In this document: positions 17,949 through 27,442 of the stretch, one piece after another
How positions within the stretch are numbered: the stretch's first letter is position 1
How the letters are laid out: each line of letters starts with the position of its first letter
DNA from: a virus
DNA length: 64,000 bases
Virus record (IMG/VR): IMGVR_UViG_3300019458_000191
Location: 1-64,000 of that record
Direction: 5' to 3' (one strand)
Position numbers and translations under genes: made by a program
Notes under the pieces: model-generated
What the model was told of the DNA's origin: nothing
Databases searched by the model: none
Seen by the model: the letters and a program-made list of their open reading frames with translations, nothing else

Positions 17949-18022
17949 TGGAGCAGGTAACTGGAATCGAACCAGCACTTCAGCATTGGCAATGCCGTGG
18001 GCTACCACTACACCATACCTGC
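17949..18022 (-). tRNA. tRNA-Gly(GCC)
   Basis: GCAGGTA...loop TTGCCAA...GGTTCGATTCC...TACCTGCTCCA. Confidence 0.96.
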
Positions 18023-18328
18023 AATCTGATAAGTTCGGATGCCTCTTATTTGGGATTTTCTTACACCGATATCGGATACTAATGTATCACAGTTGACTTA
18101 TCAAAAACTTTAAAATTCTACTTCGGCCGAAAGACAACCACCAATCGGAATTCCGCCGATAGTGATTTTAGCCATTTCCTTTATTGAGAAACAGCCGCCG
18201 ATTTTTACAAATCGACCTTCTTTGGCTACATTTTCGCCTTTAATCATGGTAATACATATACCACCAAAAATAAAAAATGTCAAGCATTTATTGGTTTTTA
18301 TAAAAACATTGACAAATTCACAAAGTCT

Positions 18329-18712
18329 ATGTACCTTATGGTAACAATGAAAACTTACTACGCAGAAAGAACACAAAGTTGTGGCGAGGAAAATGTTTGG
18401 ATTTCTGAAAATGGTGTTGACCGATTGCTTCCGGTTGAACCAAGTATAAAGGTTATTCATCACGCACCAGGATTTCAATGGGGTTATGCCGGTTCAGGCC
18501 CCTCCCAATTAGCTTTAGCAATTCTTTTAGATTTTACTAAAGGTAACATTCAAATGTCTAAAGATTTTTATCAACGTTTCAAGTTTGAGTTCGTTGCAAA
18601 ATGGCAAGATTCATGGAGTATTACAGAGAATGAAATACACGCATGGATAAAAGAAAATTTTGACAACATTCTTGATAAAAAAGATGAAGATAAAAAGAAA
18701 TTTGGAATGTAA
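18329..18712 (+). CDS. DUF6166-like protein (likely start 18347)
   Basis: HHAPGFQWGYAGSGPSQLALAILLD...YQRFKFEFVA. Confidence 0.75.
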   Translation: MYLMVTMKTYYAERTQSCGEENVWISENGVDRLLPVEPSIKVIHHAPGFQWGYAGSGPSQLALAILLDFTKGNIQMSKDFYQRFKFEFVAKWQDSWSITENEIHAWIKENFDNILDKKDEDKKKFGM

Positions 18713-18737
18713 ATAGAATCGGAGTATAAGGCAAAAT

Positions 18738-19340
18738 ATGAAAGTCGAAATTCGTAATATAATATTGTTTATATGTTTGATTGGATTTTTAATTGTAGGT
18801 ACTGGATGTCGTTCGGTACTTCCTTCTGAAGTAAAACAAACAAAGATGCCGTGGAAATCCTACGAGGAAGTTCAACGTGAGTTTGATAAAATTGTTCCTG
18901 GTCAAACAACTATGGCAGAATTGAAAGGATTGGGATATAACATAACTAATACCGCAAACATAAAAATTCTTACATATTTAGACCTTATCCGAATCTTTAT
19001 GCCTAACGCAAGTATTACTTTGAGTGACCTTCACACCGAAGTTAGAAAATGTATTGAGGCGAAGGATGAATGTCATGCTTATGAATTGGATGTAGAAGTG
19101 GTCAATAAAAAACGATATGGTAATGTGGCATCCGATATATTTGGATTTAATAAAAATACTAAAATAACAGGATGGAAATTTCGAGCATTGATTCTCATAA
19201 GAAATGACAAGGTTGTATATAAATTATGTTCAGGAACGCCTGCCATAGATATGGTAGAAAGAAAGAAGAATCCGTTAGGACCATTTCAAGAATTGGATGA
19301 TATGTTAGGCGGAGCAGTAAAATCGGCCACTAAGTTTTAA
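18738..19340 (+). CDS. lipoprotein
   Basis: Signal peptide with lipobox VGTGC; IVPGQTT resembles a BamE/SmpA-like start. Confidence 0.75.
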   Translation: MKVEIRNIILFICLIGFLIVGTGCRSVLPSEVKQTKMPWKSYEEVQREFDKIVPGQTTMAELKGLGYNITNTANIKILTYLDLIRIFMPNASITLSDLHTEVRKCIEAKDECHAYELDVEVVNKKRYGNVASDIFGFNKNTKITGWKFRALILIRNDKVVYKLCSGTPAIDMVERKKNPLGPFQELDDMLGGAVKSATKF

Positions 19341-19359
19341 GGAAAAAATAAAATAGGTT

Positions 19360-19659
19360 ATGAAAGAAATAAAATACAATAGGGATTGTGGAATTGTTGA
19401 ATGTTGTGAGGAAAATTGTCCGTTTCTAAGAGAATGTGCCAATCACAGAACGGCTGGAGATTTCAGAACGGAAGATGGAGTAAGACCGAGACTTCATTAT
19501 CGACTAGGCAAATTAATGTGTGAATCCATTGATAGCCCAATCGATGAAAGATATCTTCCATATCAGACTTATCCTGTGATTTGTGACCCTCGTGTTGATG
19601 ATTTAGCCGCAGTCACTTGGCATCAAATAATCGAAAAGACGGATGCCTACGAAATTTAA
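19360..19659 (+). CDS. Cys-rich hypothetical protein
   Basis: CCEENCPFLRECANH. Confidence 0.65.
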   Translation: MKEIKYNRDCGIVECCEENCPFLRECANHRTAGDFRTEDGVRPRLHYRLGKLMCESIDSPIDERYLPYQTYPVICDPRVDDLAAVTWHQIIEKTDAYEI

Positions 19660-19779
19660 AAAACCTTCTTGACTTTTTACCAATTCATCGTAAACTGTTT
19701 ACTGAATATTACGGTGGAGTTCAAAGAACGCTGTAAAGATAAAAACAAACAATAAACAAGTTAGAAAAACTCAGTATAT

Positions 19780-20568
19780 ATGAATACACTCAAGGTTACA
19801 TTGTCGGCAGTCCTCGGACTGGTTATTCTCTCGTCTTCTGCTTTCGCCGCTCCGAAGGGCGCAGAACGTCTCGCAACCCGAAACACCACTACTACGGTTA
19901 CTACTCCGGCTTCTGAAGCCCCAGTTTCCGCTGTTCGTGGAAACAACACCGTTCTTCAGAGTCACATCAAGAGTCTCGGAACGATTGGAAAGACCGGTCG
20001 TTACGAAGTCACTCAGGTCAAGGTCCGTGGATGGGATACTCCGAACCTCGTTTCGGTTTTCGTTTATGACCGTGAAACCGATACGCTCCTTGTCACCGGT
20101 AACGCTTCGGCTCCCGGCCTCGGCGTGGCTGTCGTGAATGGTGCCGCTCAAGTCGGCGGCAACTTCTTGTTCGGTTCTAACATCAAGCCTGACCAACAGA
20201 ACATCAGCAACGATTCATCGTCTAAGTCACATGGCGGTACTTCCGTCTCTGGCGCTGTTTCCGGTTCGAGTTCCAAGTCTGGCGCTGTCTCTGGTTCAAG
20301 TTCTTCTTCCTCTTCGAGTGCTAAGAACAACAACACCAGCGTAAACGTTAATGACAACAATGCAAGTGCTAAGGTCAATAACAATAACGTCAATGCTCAG
20401 AGCCAAGGTCAAGGTCAGTTACAAGGCCAACAGCAGGGTCAATCGGCCTCTGGCGGAAATGGTTATGGCTTCGGCGGCAACGGTGGAAATGGTGGCAACG
20501 GCGGCAATAACACCACCCACAATAATAACAACAATCACAACAACAACAGTAACAGCAACAAGAACTAA
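19780..20568 (+). CDS. secreted protein with Ser/Asn/Gln/Gly low-complexity C-terminal half
   Basis: Sec signal peptide (SSAFA|APK), C-rich codon usage, own promoter and terminator. Confidence 0.85.
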   Translation: MNTLKVTLSAVLGLVILSSSAFAAPKGAERLATRNTTTTVTTPASEAPVSAVRGNNTVLQSHIKSLGTIGKTGRYEVTQVKVRGWDTPNLVSVFVYDRETDTLLVTGNASAPGLGVAVVNGAAQVGGNFLFGSNIKPDQQNISNDSSSKSHGGTSVSGAVSGSSSKSGAVSGSSSSSSSSAKNNNTSVNVNDNNASAKVNNNNVNAQSQGQGQLQGQQQGQSASGGNGYGFGGNGGNGGNGGNNTTHNNNNNHNNNSNSNKN

Positions 20569-20595
20569 TAAAGTTCCGTTGTTTGTTTAGATATT

Positions 20596-20622
20596 GGGAG
20601 AGTCGAAAGACTCTCCCTTTTT
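20596..20622 (+). terminator. intrinsic terminator
   Basis: GGGAGAGTC-GAAA-GACTCTCCC-TTTTT. Confidence 0.9.
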
Positions 20623-20721
20623 GTTTGTACATACAAAGGATATGTGGTCGGAATCATCGAAGGATTAATTTTGGCGTTTTCAGGAAATTGATACTATATA
20701 TTAGACGGAACAAAAATTCAC

Positions 20722-20749
20722 TTGACACAACCCGAAGTTGGTGTATAGT
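20722..20749 (+). promoter_or_regulatory. sigma70-type promoter
   Basis: TTGACA-16 nt-TATAGT. Confidence 0.75.
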
Positions 20750-20766
20750 GATGTTATCCGAAATAG

Positions 20767-20870
20767 ATTTAAGATACGCACAGCATTAATATCTTATCAA
20801 AGAGAAAAAACGTATCTAGCTTATTTAAGGTAGGAACAGCATAGAAATATTGTCAAAAAACACTACCTAG
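20767..20870 (+). repeat. two tandem ACAGCA stem-loop units in the leader of the DUF2828 gene
   Basis: ATTTAAG-stem-(C/A)ACAGCAT-loop-stem'-CTAG at 20767-20819 and 20823-20870; stems AGATACG/CGTATCT and AGGTAG/CTACCT covary. Confidence 0.8.
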
Positions 20871-20898
20871 TATCTTATAAAGAAAGGAACAAAGAAGT

Positions 20899-22410
20899 AT
20901 GAAAAAGAACACGAAAATCAAAAAGTCTCAAGTCTCTCCTGCGGTTGGTAATGCCCTTGTTGCCGGATTAGCCAAAGTTAGTAACACTACTCTAACAGAG
21001 AATGGTGCATTAACTAATAAGAGTACTCTTTCTCATACGTTGGATTTCTTCGGTCAAGGTGGAGCACTTCGCACCCGCGAAGAATCTGATATTAATTCCC
21101 TATTTTCTAAAGCATTTGCTGAAAACCGTCTTGCAGCAATGAAGACTTTGTTTTATTTGCGTGATGTCCGTGGTGGACAAGGTGAACGCAAAACTTTTCG
21201 CACAATCCTTCGTTGGCTCGCAGTCAATCAACCAGAAGTTCTTCGTAAGAACTTGGAAAATGTTTCATTTTTTGGTCGTTGGGATGATTTGTATTCTCTC
21301 GTTGGAACACCCTTAGAAAATGAGATTTTCAAAATCATTGCTCTACAGTTAACGAATGATATGGTTGCAATGAAGAAAGAAGAATCGGTTTCATTGTTAG
21401 CAAAATGGTTGAAGAGTGAAAACACTTCTTCCAAGGAATCGTGCCGCCTTGGCCGTTTGACTCGTGAACGACTCGGTTTTTCTCCAAAGAAATACCGAAA
21501 GACTCTTTCTGCTCTCCGACGTTATATCAACGTCGTTGAAGTTAGTATGTGTGCAAATCAATGGGACAACATTGATTTTAGTAAGGTTACTTCCAAAGCA
21601 GCATTAACTTATAAGAAAGCGTTTGGTAAACACAATCCAACCGGCTTTGAAAATTTCTTGAAGAAAGTCGAATCAGGAGAAGTCAAGATTAATGCAGGTG
21701 CATTATATCCTTATGAAATTCTTCGTTCGATCATTCATGAAAATGATAATATGTCTCTTCGTAGCTTAGACCTTCAATGGAAGTCAATGCCTAATTGGGT
21801 GGGAGATGAAGATAATTACTTTATGGTTATTGCGGATACGAGTGGCTCTATGGCTGGATTACCTATATTAGTTTCTGTATCTTTAGCTTTATATCTTTCC
21901 GAAAGAAATGTTGGTCCTTTTAAAGATTGTTGGATTAATTTTAGTAATAATCCAACATTTCAAAAAGTTATTGGAAATACTTTGAAAGAAAAATGGGAAA
22001 ATATTGACAAAGAAAATTGGGATGGAAGCACAAATCTGATTTCTGCTTTTGAATTGATTTTATCTACGGCCAAAAAATTTAATGTTTTACAAAAAGATTT
22101 ACCTAAAAATTTAATAATAATTTCGGATATGGAGTTTAATATTGCTTCCGATAGTAATGATAAAACAAATTTTGAAATGATTGAAGAAAAATATAAAGAA
22201 AATGGATACATCATACCAAAGTTAATATGGTGGAATGTAAATTCAAGAAATGATAATTGTCCTATTACCAAAGATGATAACGGAACGTGTTTAGTTAGTG
22301 GATGTTCTCCGTCTATATTCAAATCAGTATTGAGTGGAAAAGAATTTAATCCTGTCGATGTTATGTTAGAAATAATCAATAAAGAAAGATATGATAGAGT
22401 TATGATTTAA
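20899..22410 (+). CDS. DUF2828 family TROVE/Ro60-like protein with C-terminal vWA domain
   Basis: TLTENGA, LRDVRGGQGERKTF, GRWDDL, LLAKWL, DTSGSM (MIDAS), IISDMEF, IWWNV. Confidence 0.88.
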   Translation: MKKNTKIKKSQVSPAVGNALVAGLAKVSNTTLTENGALTNKSTLSHTLDFFGQGGALRTREESDINSLFSKAFAENRLAAMKTLFYLRDVRGGQGERKTFRTILRWLAVNQPEVLRKNLENVSFFGRWDDLYSLVGTPLENEIFKIIALQLTNDMVAMKKEESVSLLAKWLKSENTSSKESCRLGRLTRERLGFSPKKYRKTLSALRRYINVVEVSMCANQWDNIDFSKVTSKAALTYKKAFGKHNPTGFENFLKKVESGEVKINAGALYPYEILRSIIHENDNMSLRSLDLQWKSMPNWVGDEDNYFMVIADTSGSMAGLPILVSVSLALYLSERNVGPFKDCWINFSNNPTFQKVIGNTLKEKWENIDKENWDGSTNLISAFELILSTAKKFNVLQKDLPKNLIIISDMEFNIASDSNDKTNFEMIEEKYKENGYIIPKLIWWNVNSRNDNCPITKDDNGTCLVSGCSPSIFKSVLSGKEFNPVDVMLEIINKERYDRVMI

Positions 22411-23344
22411 TGAAACTATTAAATCCTTTTACTGCTTCTATTTCTGAATTAAATCTTTCGGATATAAATCTAACATTGTTTTTAGACTGATAATATCTCC
22501 ACATTTTTGTGTCTTTATCATACGAAATATTTTTATGAATGGAAGATTTAATATGCAATTTCTTTTTAATTCTTTTATATATTTTGTATTTTCTTTTCAT
22601 TATTAAGTTTGTAGGATTAGAGTATAACCATTCCATTACTTTTACTATTTGATTCCTACCTCTAATATAAAGATTGTATATAGAACCAATTGGTTGAATA
22701 TTTGGTTTTATATCTGTTTCTTTGGTTATTATTTCCGATATTTTATTACATACATCATGTGTTCCGCATATAGAGAATCCGGGTTGTTGTCTTTTACTAT
22801 TTGTTATAAAAATAGACCCGTCTCCCTCAAAATATCCTAGTATAAAATATTTTAACAAATTCTTTTTTAAAAAATCAGGAAAAATTAATGTTAATGACTT
22901 TTTTTGTGGACATTTACACTTTTCTAATCCATCCTTTATTTTTTTATTAGATATAACTAAACTTACATATTTATTATTTATAAATTTTATTGGATGAGAA
23001 GATTTTAATTCTTTTTTTATTTTTCTTAAATAATTTTCATCTTTTTTTGATATTGTTATTCCCAATCCTCTACCAGTATTATAACCATCTGCATAAATAA
23101 ATCCTAGTATTTGTGATTTAATCGGAGAATCCATACAATCAAAAAAAGTTTCATCGATTTTATATTTTTGTTGACATTCACTAAATGTTCGCATTTTAAT
23201 GTTTTCTTTTTTTAAAACTCTCCATGTTCCACTAGCAGTAATATTGTAATCCCTTGCGATTTCTACGGTATTTTTTCCTGATTTATATTTAGTTACAATA
23301 TCAATTTTATCTTTTTCAGTTAATTTTCTCATATAAATTTTCAA
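22400..23344 (-). mobile_element. free-standing LAGLIDADG homing endonuclease (HTH + two LAGLIDADG motifs + AP2-like tail)
   Basis: ILGFIYADG and FILGYFEGDGSI; very AT-rich; C-terminal ISYDKDTKMWR...FNSEIEAV. Confidence 0.88.
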
Positions 23345-23425
23345 GTCAAATGCTGTATGAATAACTATAAAACATAAATCGTATAAAATTTATTATAACT
23401 TTACATTCTTCTAATACGGAGTAAT

Positions 23426-24439
23426 TTGATTTATATGAATGATGAAAATCCGTTGGAAGCTTTTGGTGATGAAAGTTCTTCAAAAGCACGAAGATGTAAT
23501 GACGCCGTAGAATGTCCACCCACTCCGGCTCTTTCCACTGAATCCGAATCAGAAGCAAGTAAGCTTTACAAAGCTACCAAATTGGTTCAATGGGCTATTT
23601 GCGGAGCCGATATTTTTAAACCCGTTGCCGATACTTCTAATATTCTTTCCCCCGGTATTTATAGTATTCTAACCACACAAGAACATGGTATTATTTTTCA
23701 AAAGAAACAACTTCAAGTTGATGATCTTCTTATGTTTCCAGATAGTTTATCTGATAAAATATTAAAAGAAGTTGTTCATTTTTGGTCATCCGGTGAATCG
23801 TTCAAACACTATGGATTCTTGCACCGAAGAGGATATATGTTATGGGGACCTGCTGGTTCCGGGAAAACATGTCTGGTACATCAAATTATGGCGAATATTA
23901 TATCTTCAGGCGGCATTGTTTTTCAATGTGATAGTCATCCAAAGACATTTAGTATGGGTTTACAATTATTTAGACAAGTAGAACCTTCTCGGCCTACAGT
24001 TTGTTTATTTGAAGATATAGATGCCATTATTAATGCAAGTAGTGAAGATGCTATTCTTTCTTTGTTAGATGGTGAAAATCAAATTAATAGAGTTTTAAAT
24101 GTTGCGACTACAAATTTTCCAGAAAGATTAAATCGTCGTATTGTTGCTAGACCAAGACGGTTTGATAGAGTTATTCTTGTTGATATGCCTCCGCCTGAAG
24201 TAAGAGAGTTGTACTTCAAGGAAAAATTGAAATTAGATAAAGAAACAAACGTGGCTGAGTGGGTAAAATTATCTGACAGGTTTTCTTTTGCTGCTATGGC
24301 TGAATTAGTTATTTCAGTTAAATGCTTTAATAAGAGTCTAAACGACGCAGCAAAACATCTTAGAAGTTTATTAATCAATAAAGTGTCCAGCGATAAATAC
24401 GATGAATTAAAAGAATCTGTCAGATTCGGATCAAAATGA
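23426..24439 (+). CDS. AAA+ ATPase
   Basis: RRGYMLWGPAGSGKT, FEDID, LLDG, ATTNFPERL...RPRRFDR. Confidence 0.9.
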   Translation: MIYMNDENPLEAFGDESSSKARRCNDAVECPPTPALSTESESEASKLYKATKLVQWAICGADIFKPVADTSNILSPGIYSILTTQEHGIIFQKKQLQVDDLLMFPDSLSDKILKEVVHFWSSGESFKHYGFLHRRGYMLWGPAGSGKTCLVHQIMANIISSGGIVFQCDSHPKTFSMGLQLFRQVEPSRPTVCLFEDIDAIINASSEDAILSLLDGENQINRVLNVATTNFPERLNRRIVARPRRFDRVILVDMPPPEVRELYFKEKLKLDKETNVAEWVKLSDRFSFAAMAELVISVKCFNKSLNDAAKHLRSLLINKVSSDKYDELKESVRFGSK

Positions 24440-24777
24440 ATATTAACAAAGATATAGTACCTTCTAATTTAGAAGAGTGTTTGAAAGTTCTCAGAAAATC
24501 CTTGACACCGTTAGATATTGAGGAATTGACAAGGAAAAATTCCTGTTCTTCACAACATCATTTTGGTTTAGGAATGTATATAAGAAACGAATGGAGTCTT
24601 TGGGAAAAAGATACTCCATTAAAAAATTGGTTTTTGAAAGAATATGGATTGACCCATGCAGATGATATTAGTGGAATTATTCTCCATTGTTTATGGGCCG
24701 ATATAAGAAATGAACCAAGAAAAGACAAAGAACAAGCAAAACTATATCTCAATCATTGGAAAGAAATAAATTCATGA
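24436..24777 (+). CDS. DUF6794-like protein
   Basis: HFGLGMYIRNEWSLW...HADDISGIIL. Confidence 0.7.
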   Translation: MNINKDIVPSNLEECLKVLRKSLTPLDIEELTRKNSCSSQHHFGLGMYIRNEWSLWEKDTPLKNWFLKEYGLTHADDISGIILHCLWADIRNEPRKDKEQAKLYLNHWKEINS

Positions 24778-25217
24778 ATTTTATTATTACATCAAAGCCA
24801 GTTTACTTTCGAGTGTGGGACACTAAAGAAAAGACTATGCATTATGTAGCTCCATACTCAAGCTTTCATGGAGTAGAATCGAACAATGGAAAAAAGAATC
24901 GTCATGATAAACATTCGTTTATGACGTGGGATGGTTTCAGTTATGAAAACGGTAAGTTACAAAACTATGTCTTTCTCCATTGTGTATTTCTTATCCATCC
25001 GAATGAACATCATGCTTTTAAAAATTGTTGGGTTTTTGAATCTGATATCGTAAAATTTACAGATATTAATTCGGAAGAAATTATCGGTGTTGTATCTTGG
25101 AATCCCATTCTTTGTCGATTCCATATCAATGATAAAAATGGAATGGAATATCCTATCTGTTCTAGTAATAATTATCAAGTGTTAGGTAATATTTATGAAC
25201 ATACTGATAGGTTATAA
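24756..25217 (+). CDS. YopX family protein
   Basis: FRVWDTKEKTM...FESDIV...VLGNIYEH. Confidence 0.8.
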   Translation: MERNKFMNFIITSKPVYFRVWDTKEKTMHYVAPYSSFHGVESNNGKKNRHDKHSFMTWDGFSYENGKLQNYVFLHCVFLIHPNEHHAFKNCWVFESDIVKFTDINSEEIIGVVSWNPILCRFHINDKNGMEYPICSSNNYQVLGNIYEHTDRL

Positions 25218-25241
25218 AACTAATTAAGCATTATTAAAAAT

Positions 25242-25472
25242 ATGAACAAGTATAATAGAAATCAAGGTGATAGAGTTTACTTTGAAATGGGTGGTCCAAA
25301 ACTTCCTCGTGGTTACGCAAAGATTTGTGGATGTGTCAGCGACGAACTTCCGGGTTTAGGAAGGCAATGGATCGTGGAATTAGAAGTGCCTTTGGCAACC
25401 TATCCATTTACACATATCACCATTTTTGATAAGATGATAAAAGACGCTCCCTCAAGCATCACACATGTCTAA
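25242..25472 (+). CDS. small hypothetical protein
   Basis: ORF in operon. Confidence 0.6.
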   Translation: MNKYNRNQGDRVYFEMGGPKLPRGYAKICGCVSDELPGLGRQWIVELEVPLATYPFTHITIFDKMIKDAPSSITHV

Positions 25473-25782
25473 GACAGTCGTTGTAAATATAAAAAAAGAA
25501 CGATGTGATGTAAAAATCGATAGAACTACTTCGTTTGGAAATCCCTATCACATTGGTCAAGACGGAGACAGGAAACAAGTCATAGAAAAATACCGAACTT
25601 ATTTCTATAAGAAGTTGAATAATCCACTATTTAGGAATAAAGTATTACTATTAAAAGGAAAAAGATTAGGATGCTACTGCAAGCCAATGGAATGTCATGG
25701 CGATGTCATAGTAGAATATTTAGAAGGTAACGATGAAAGAAAACACGACACTAAGACAGTTGATTTTACAGACTTTGAGTAG
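25465..25782 (+). CDS. DUF4326 protein
   Basis: DVKIDR...FGNPY...LKGKRLGCYCKPMECHGDVI. Confidence 0.9.
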   Translation: MSKTVVVNIKKERCDVKIDRTTSFGNPYHIGQDGDRKQVIEKYRTYFYKKLNNPLFRNKVLLLKGKRLGCYCKPMECHGDVIVEYLEGNDERKHDTKTVDFTDFE

Positions 25783-26449
25783 AGGCGAATTTTCGGCAAT
25801 GATAGATTATCTTTTCGCCCGAGATTCCGATACGATGTGCAAAAGCCCCGCCGACCCACTAACAAGGGAAAAGACAGAAAATGCCTATAACAGTGTTATC
25901 GAAGAACTTCTTGAACTACCCGATTCTCTACCAAATAAATTTCCATTGATTGTTTCTATGGTAAAGGATGACCTTATGTTGAAGCCCGGTGAGATTGCCG
26001 AGGAATACATAGATGTATCTATGATTAATCTGGAATACATTGAACCTCCTGTTGGTGCTAAACCTTGGGGTGGGGAAGTCAGAGAAGTTGTTCCTGAAGG
26101 ATACTATAATTGCAACGAAGAAAAGTATAACAAATACTTCGGTTTTGGTCTTTCTCCTTGGTCCGAAATCATCGATAATCCTATTTTCAATGAAACGAAT
26201 TTGGATGACTATGAAATTTTGGCAGAAATTTTATGGGAATTGACTTTTTACGGATGGACACAGAAACAACAAGAAAACTTTCGATCTGAACTGGATGATA
26301 GACTTGAAGAATCAAAGAAAGAAATCCAAGAAGGAAAATGTACAAAACTTCCAAAACAAGAAGGTGATAAATATACCGTTGTAATTCCTGATTGCGTGGC
26401 CAAATCATTTTCACGAAAGATAAATAATTTAGCAGAAGGCGCCGATTAA
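25733..26449 (+). CDS. DUF6557-like hypothetical protein
   Basis: PWSEI...LAEILWELTFYGW. Confidence 0.65.
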   Translation: MKENTTLRQLILQTLSRGEFSAMIDYLFARDSDTMCKSPADPLTREKTENAYNSVIEELLELPDSLPNKFPLIVSMVKDDLMLKPGEIAEEYIDVSMINLEYIEPPVGAKPWGGEVREVVPEGYYNCNEEKYNKYFGFGLSPWSEIIDNPIFNETNLDDYEILAEILWELTFYGWTQKQQENFRSELDDRLEESKKEIQEGKCTKLPKQEGDKYTVVIPDCVAKSFSRKINNLAEGAD

Positions 26450-26453
26450 AATT

Positions 26454-27080
26454 ATGAAAGCAATAGCCGCAATGACATTGGATAGAGCCATTGGACACGA
26501 TGGAAAATTGCCTTGGCCAACATTAAAAGAAGATTTTCATTTCTTTAAAGGAATGACCAAAGGAAAGAAATTAGTGATGGGATCAAGGACATATAATTCT
26601 CTTCCTCAACCATTCTTAAAAGATAGAGAAATATACTCTATATCACGTAATAGAGTTCATGAATACACATCTGAATATCCTAATGCAAATTGTAAAGTTC
26701 ATCACAAATCTTTTCGTGATGATATTCCAAAGAACTTTCCTTTACAAGGCGAAGATGTATGGTTATGTGGCGGTGCAGAAATGTATAGAACATTTCTTCC
26801 ATTGTGTAGTGATTTATATTTAACAATTGTGTTAGACCCATACGAAGGGGATGTATTCATGCCGGAATTTGATCATCTATTTTCGGAACAAAGATTAATT
26901 AAGGAATATAGAGATATGTGGATAGTCCACTATTGGAATAGAACCTCATTGGTTCGTGAAACATATAGAGATGGATTCGATGCAAAATTAATAGGAAAGG
27001 TGGTTCAAAATCCAAATGAGAATCCGTCTTTAAGAAATGAATGGGATTTAGGATACAATAATGCACCGACGTTATTATGA
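26454..27080 (+). CDS. folA: dihydrofolate reductase with C-terminal extension
   Basis: AIGHDGKLPW, EDFHFFK, VMGSRTYNSL, CGGAEMY, EGDVFMP. Confidence 0.92.
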   Translation: MKAIAAMTLDRAIGHDGKLPWPTLKEDFHFFKGMTKGKKLVMGSRTYNSLPQPFLKDREIYSISRNRVHEYTSEYPNANCKVHHKSFRDDIPKNFPLQGEDVWLCGGAEMYRTFLPLCSDLYLTIVLDPYEGDVFMPEFDHLFSEQRLIKEYRDMWIVHYWNRTSLVRETYRDGFDAKLIGKVVQNPNENPSLRNEWDLGYNNAPTLL

Positions 27081-27442
27081 CCGACTTTCCCATAACAAAT
27101 GAAGAGTTTGAGGCCCATCCTTGGAAAACAACCGAAATAGGAGAATACAAAGTTGATTACTATATATTACATACTTTTACTGATAGCAATTTGTATATCC
27201 GTATCACTCTTAAAGACCCTTCTTTTCATTCTTTCAGCCAGTCGGAAGCCATGGCAGAAGTTTTCAAAGTTAAAAATTATTTGTGTAATGAAGGATTTTT
27301 GGATGAAGAGATGGAAGGAACTAATTTTCCCGACGCCAATATAATAATTTATTCTATATTTGTTTATACAAAGAATAACGTCATAAAAGAAAATGTGTGG
27401 GATAAATTTTATGATTGGTTAAAGAAAAAACTTTACGAATAA
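27077..27442 (+). CDS. hypothetical protein
   Basis: ORF with ATGA overlap. Confidence 0.6.
   Translation: MTDFPITNEEFEAHPWKTTEIGEYKVDYYILHTFTDSNLYIRITLKDPSFHSFSQSEAMAEVFKVKNYLCNEGFLDEEMEGTNFPDANIIIYSIFVYTKNNVIKENVWDKFYDWLKKKLYE

Noticed and set aside
18110-18478. 122-aa minus-strand ORF upstream of the tRNAs
   Set aside because: Overlaps the DUF6166 gene and its TTGACA promoter; at most a short 3' part (from 18248) could be coding, with no supporting motif
20767-20870. Mini CRISPR array
   Set aside because: Only two units, the variable parts are self-complementary stems and not spacers, and no cas genes are in the window
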